Below are positions 61,722-64,000 of a stretch of DNA of 64,000 nucleotides, piece after piece. The notes below the pieces were generated by a model. The model did not search any database. It had not been told where the DNA came from and saw only the letters and a program-made list of their open reading frames with translations. The stretch is taken from positions 14,176,784-14,240,783 of the forward strand of contig CM121341.1 of the NCBI GenBank assembly GCA_051530055.1. The letters run 5' to 3'. Position 1 is the first letter of the stretch, and each line of letters begins with the position of its first letter. The translations under genes and the position numbers were made by a program. Source of the DNA: Neoechinorhynchus agilis. Its lineage: Eukaryota > Animalia > Acanthocephala.

Positions 61722-62369
61722 TCAAGATATTTCAGGAGACGACTCCAGTTGAGGTTCTCCACCTTCATAGCCCATTTGCGATGGCTGATCATCCGCTGAC
61801 ATCCCCGGATCGCCACCAGGCATACCTGATGCATGATCCCAACTACTGTCTCGAAATTGACGAGGTTCCATTTCAGATTGCCAAGGAACGTATTGCATTT
61901 CCTTCTTAGATGCCTTAAGAACTTTATGCCTCTGAATCAGAGTATCGCCAATCCGATGAACCTCATTCCCTCGTTTATTAAAATTCTTTGTCTCTTGTTT
62001 TAATCGACCGTGCAGGTGGGGCGTATCGTCTTTAGAATGACTGCGGGTAAGAAGGCTTTCTACATTTGAGTGACCACCATTCATATGTTTAGTTTGGTCC
62101 CGTGAGAGTTGTAACATGCGGTTGTGCTCACTTTTCGATTTTCCAAACAAACGTTGCTCTTCTTTCACCGCTTGTTGAAATATCTTGGAATCGTGAGATG
62201 AAGATTGACTAAAAGGATTCGCGCGGTCGTATCTTGTGTGGTCAATCGAATGCTGACGATCATATCTACTTGGACCATAGTGCCCCGGTAGCTCCTCCCT
62301 CGAATAACCGGACATTTGAAACTTGTTTTGCTTATCCTTATGCGGATTTATTTGTCGTAAATAATCCAT
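61722..62369 (-). CDS. Hypothetical hydrophilic protein
   Basis: 215-aa open frame in AT-rich surroundings; no domain recognised. Confidence 0.45.
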   Translation of the reverse strand: MDYLRQINPHKDKQNKFQMSGYSREELPGHYGPSRYDRQHSIDHTRYDRANPFSQSSSHDSKIFQQAVKEEQRLFGKSKSEHNRMLQLSRDQTKHMNGGHSNVESLLTRSHSKDDTPHLHGRLKQETKNFNKRGNEVHRIGDTLIQRHKVLKASKKEMQYVPWQSEMEPRQFRDSSWDHASGMPGGDPGMSADDQPSQMGYEGGEPQLESSPEIS

Positions 62370-63565
62370 AGCTATTCGGCTTTTTTCTTCACTTCTACGA
62401 TCATAATGTGAAGTAGGTTCACCTTGTCTTAAAATCCCAGGTCGACCAAATGAATGAAGTCTATCTTGGCCATCGTTGCTTAAATTAACTCTATTGATAA
62501 TTAAAAATTCGATTTATAATGATTTCTTAAGCTTACTCCTTAGGTTCATTTCTTGACAAAAAATTTCGCTCTTTCGGTTGCGCGAACGTTCGAGGTCTAT
62601 ATTTATCAGATAATTTAATTTCTAGCACTTTACCATATCTCAAACGTTTCGTTTGTGAACCTATAGCGTCGATAAGTTGATTCCTTATAGAAAGTAACAC
62701 AATAAAACTTACCTCCATCATTTTGTTCAAACCTCGGAGGATTATGACATGAGGAAACTATCAATATTAGGGCAAGTATCGCAAGGTTAAGCATTTCTGG
62801 GGTGTTTGTCTGAGCAATCAAAATTTTAAAGTTGTTACTGTTCCTAACCTTCTATATATTAAGGGCGACAGATTGATTTGACGTAAAAGTGTAGTAGGAG
62901 GCAAAAGATTGAAACTTCAAGAAGGAACTATGAGGAGTGCCACGAGTAATGGTTTTAGTGATTTACGATTTTATTACCACAGGCGACACTTAAGTCTTTA
63001 TGCTTTAAACCTCTCGTGTCGATTTCAGAATATCAAGATCAATTCAAATATAAGCTAAATGATTGGAAGCTCTGAAATATTTTTTAATAGATACGAGGTA
63101 CAAAATTGATTTTCATACTTATTTCAGGGCTTATTTAACAGTAGAAAAATTGCAACTCCTCGAATTAGTTTGTTACAGTACTTGGTAACCTAAATTCTAT
63201 TACTTTAAACTCTTGGAACATGGTCGAATATTTCTACATACGACAAACAATGCACTGGTAAACAATATAAATAATTTGTTCGAAATTCTTTGCGGAATAC
63301 CAATGCTTCATAATTTCATTAGAACTTATATTTAAATCAACCTGATTAAATGATCACCTTTTTACATGTAGCTTAGATTCGATAACCATTGAAGACTTTG
63401 AATGTTCCAATTAATGTACGTTTATTTTATCTTATATAATATAAACACGTTTTATTAATTAAGAAGAACGATCCATACACTTGCTAGCATCTATCTTTGC
63501 TGAAGGTGTCTGGATGTCGGATGTTGAGGCAGGGAGGTCTGGATGTCAGATGTTGAGGCAGGACC

Positions 63566-63823
63566 GCGGATTATTTTCCTCTGGCATACAGCTCGCCTAC
63601 CTGGGCAGGAAAGCTATTGAATTACTTAAACTCTTAACCATACGGTTATGAGTTTTATGCATCCTTCCGGATCTTCAAATACGTCCCGAGGAGACGGGAC
63701 TCATCATCTGAAGATACGGAAGGATGTACAAAACTCATAACCTTATGGTTTATGGTCTAAGCGATTCAATCACGTTTCTTACCCAGATCGGTGGGTTGTG
63801 TGCTCCAGAAAAATTATTAGCCG
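63566..63823. repeat. Family B minimal hairpin element
   Basis: Inner 34-bp arms at 63636-63669 and 63717-63750 (3 mismatches) inside more degenerate outer arms. Preceded by a 29-bp tandem duplication at 63508-63562. Confidence 0.85.
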
Positions 63824-64000
63824 TGGAAGGGATGCTTACTTCACCACTTCAGATCTAGTCGATTAGATTTATTTACAACCTTGATAACGGCACAAGATTG
63901 TGCTGAAATATTGGAATCAATAAATTCTTTTAACTTTTAAGCCAGGTACAAGCATGAACAAGTCAATCTTCAAGCGCAGGTAAAAAGCAAAACGGGAAAA

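Overview
Eukaryotic, animal-like genomic DNA from a compact genome. Many genes are intronless and several introns are only ~43-47 nt GT-AG. Host genes: GH31 alpha-glucosidase, multi-LIM protein, CHCHD1, MRPS35, RCC1, a run of four PDZ-domain genes, an ELM2-SANT protein, NACA, GPD1, a PP2A B''-type subunit, a Pro-rich repeat protein and a thioredoxin-like protein. These are interleaved with many retroelements: at least seven Penelope-like (PLE) copies or fragments, two Gypsy LTR elements, CR1/L2-like LINEs and CRE-like elements, mostly nested at 26-40.6 kb. The main unexplained signal is a set of hammerhead ribozyme (HHR) motifs. (i) Two PLE termini carry intact 39-nt minimal HHRs, and one inverted terminal piece starts within 1 nt of the predicted cleavage site. 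(ii) A ~160-nt tandem and dispersed repeat has units that each carry an HHR core, a long self-complementary stem and a cUUCGg hairpin, resembling retrozyme or viroid-like RNA. (iii) Foldback elements have arms with a U3-A8 covariant HHR-like core. A full-length Gypsy element has no tRNA PBS but a perfect 16-nt LTR-complementary PBS, suggesting self-priming. All alignments and folds were done by eye, and boundaries described as approximate are +/- tens of nt.
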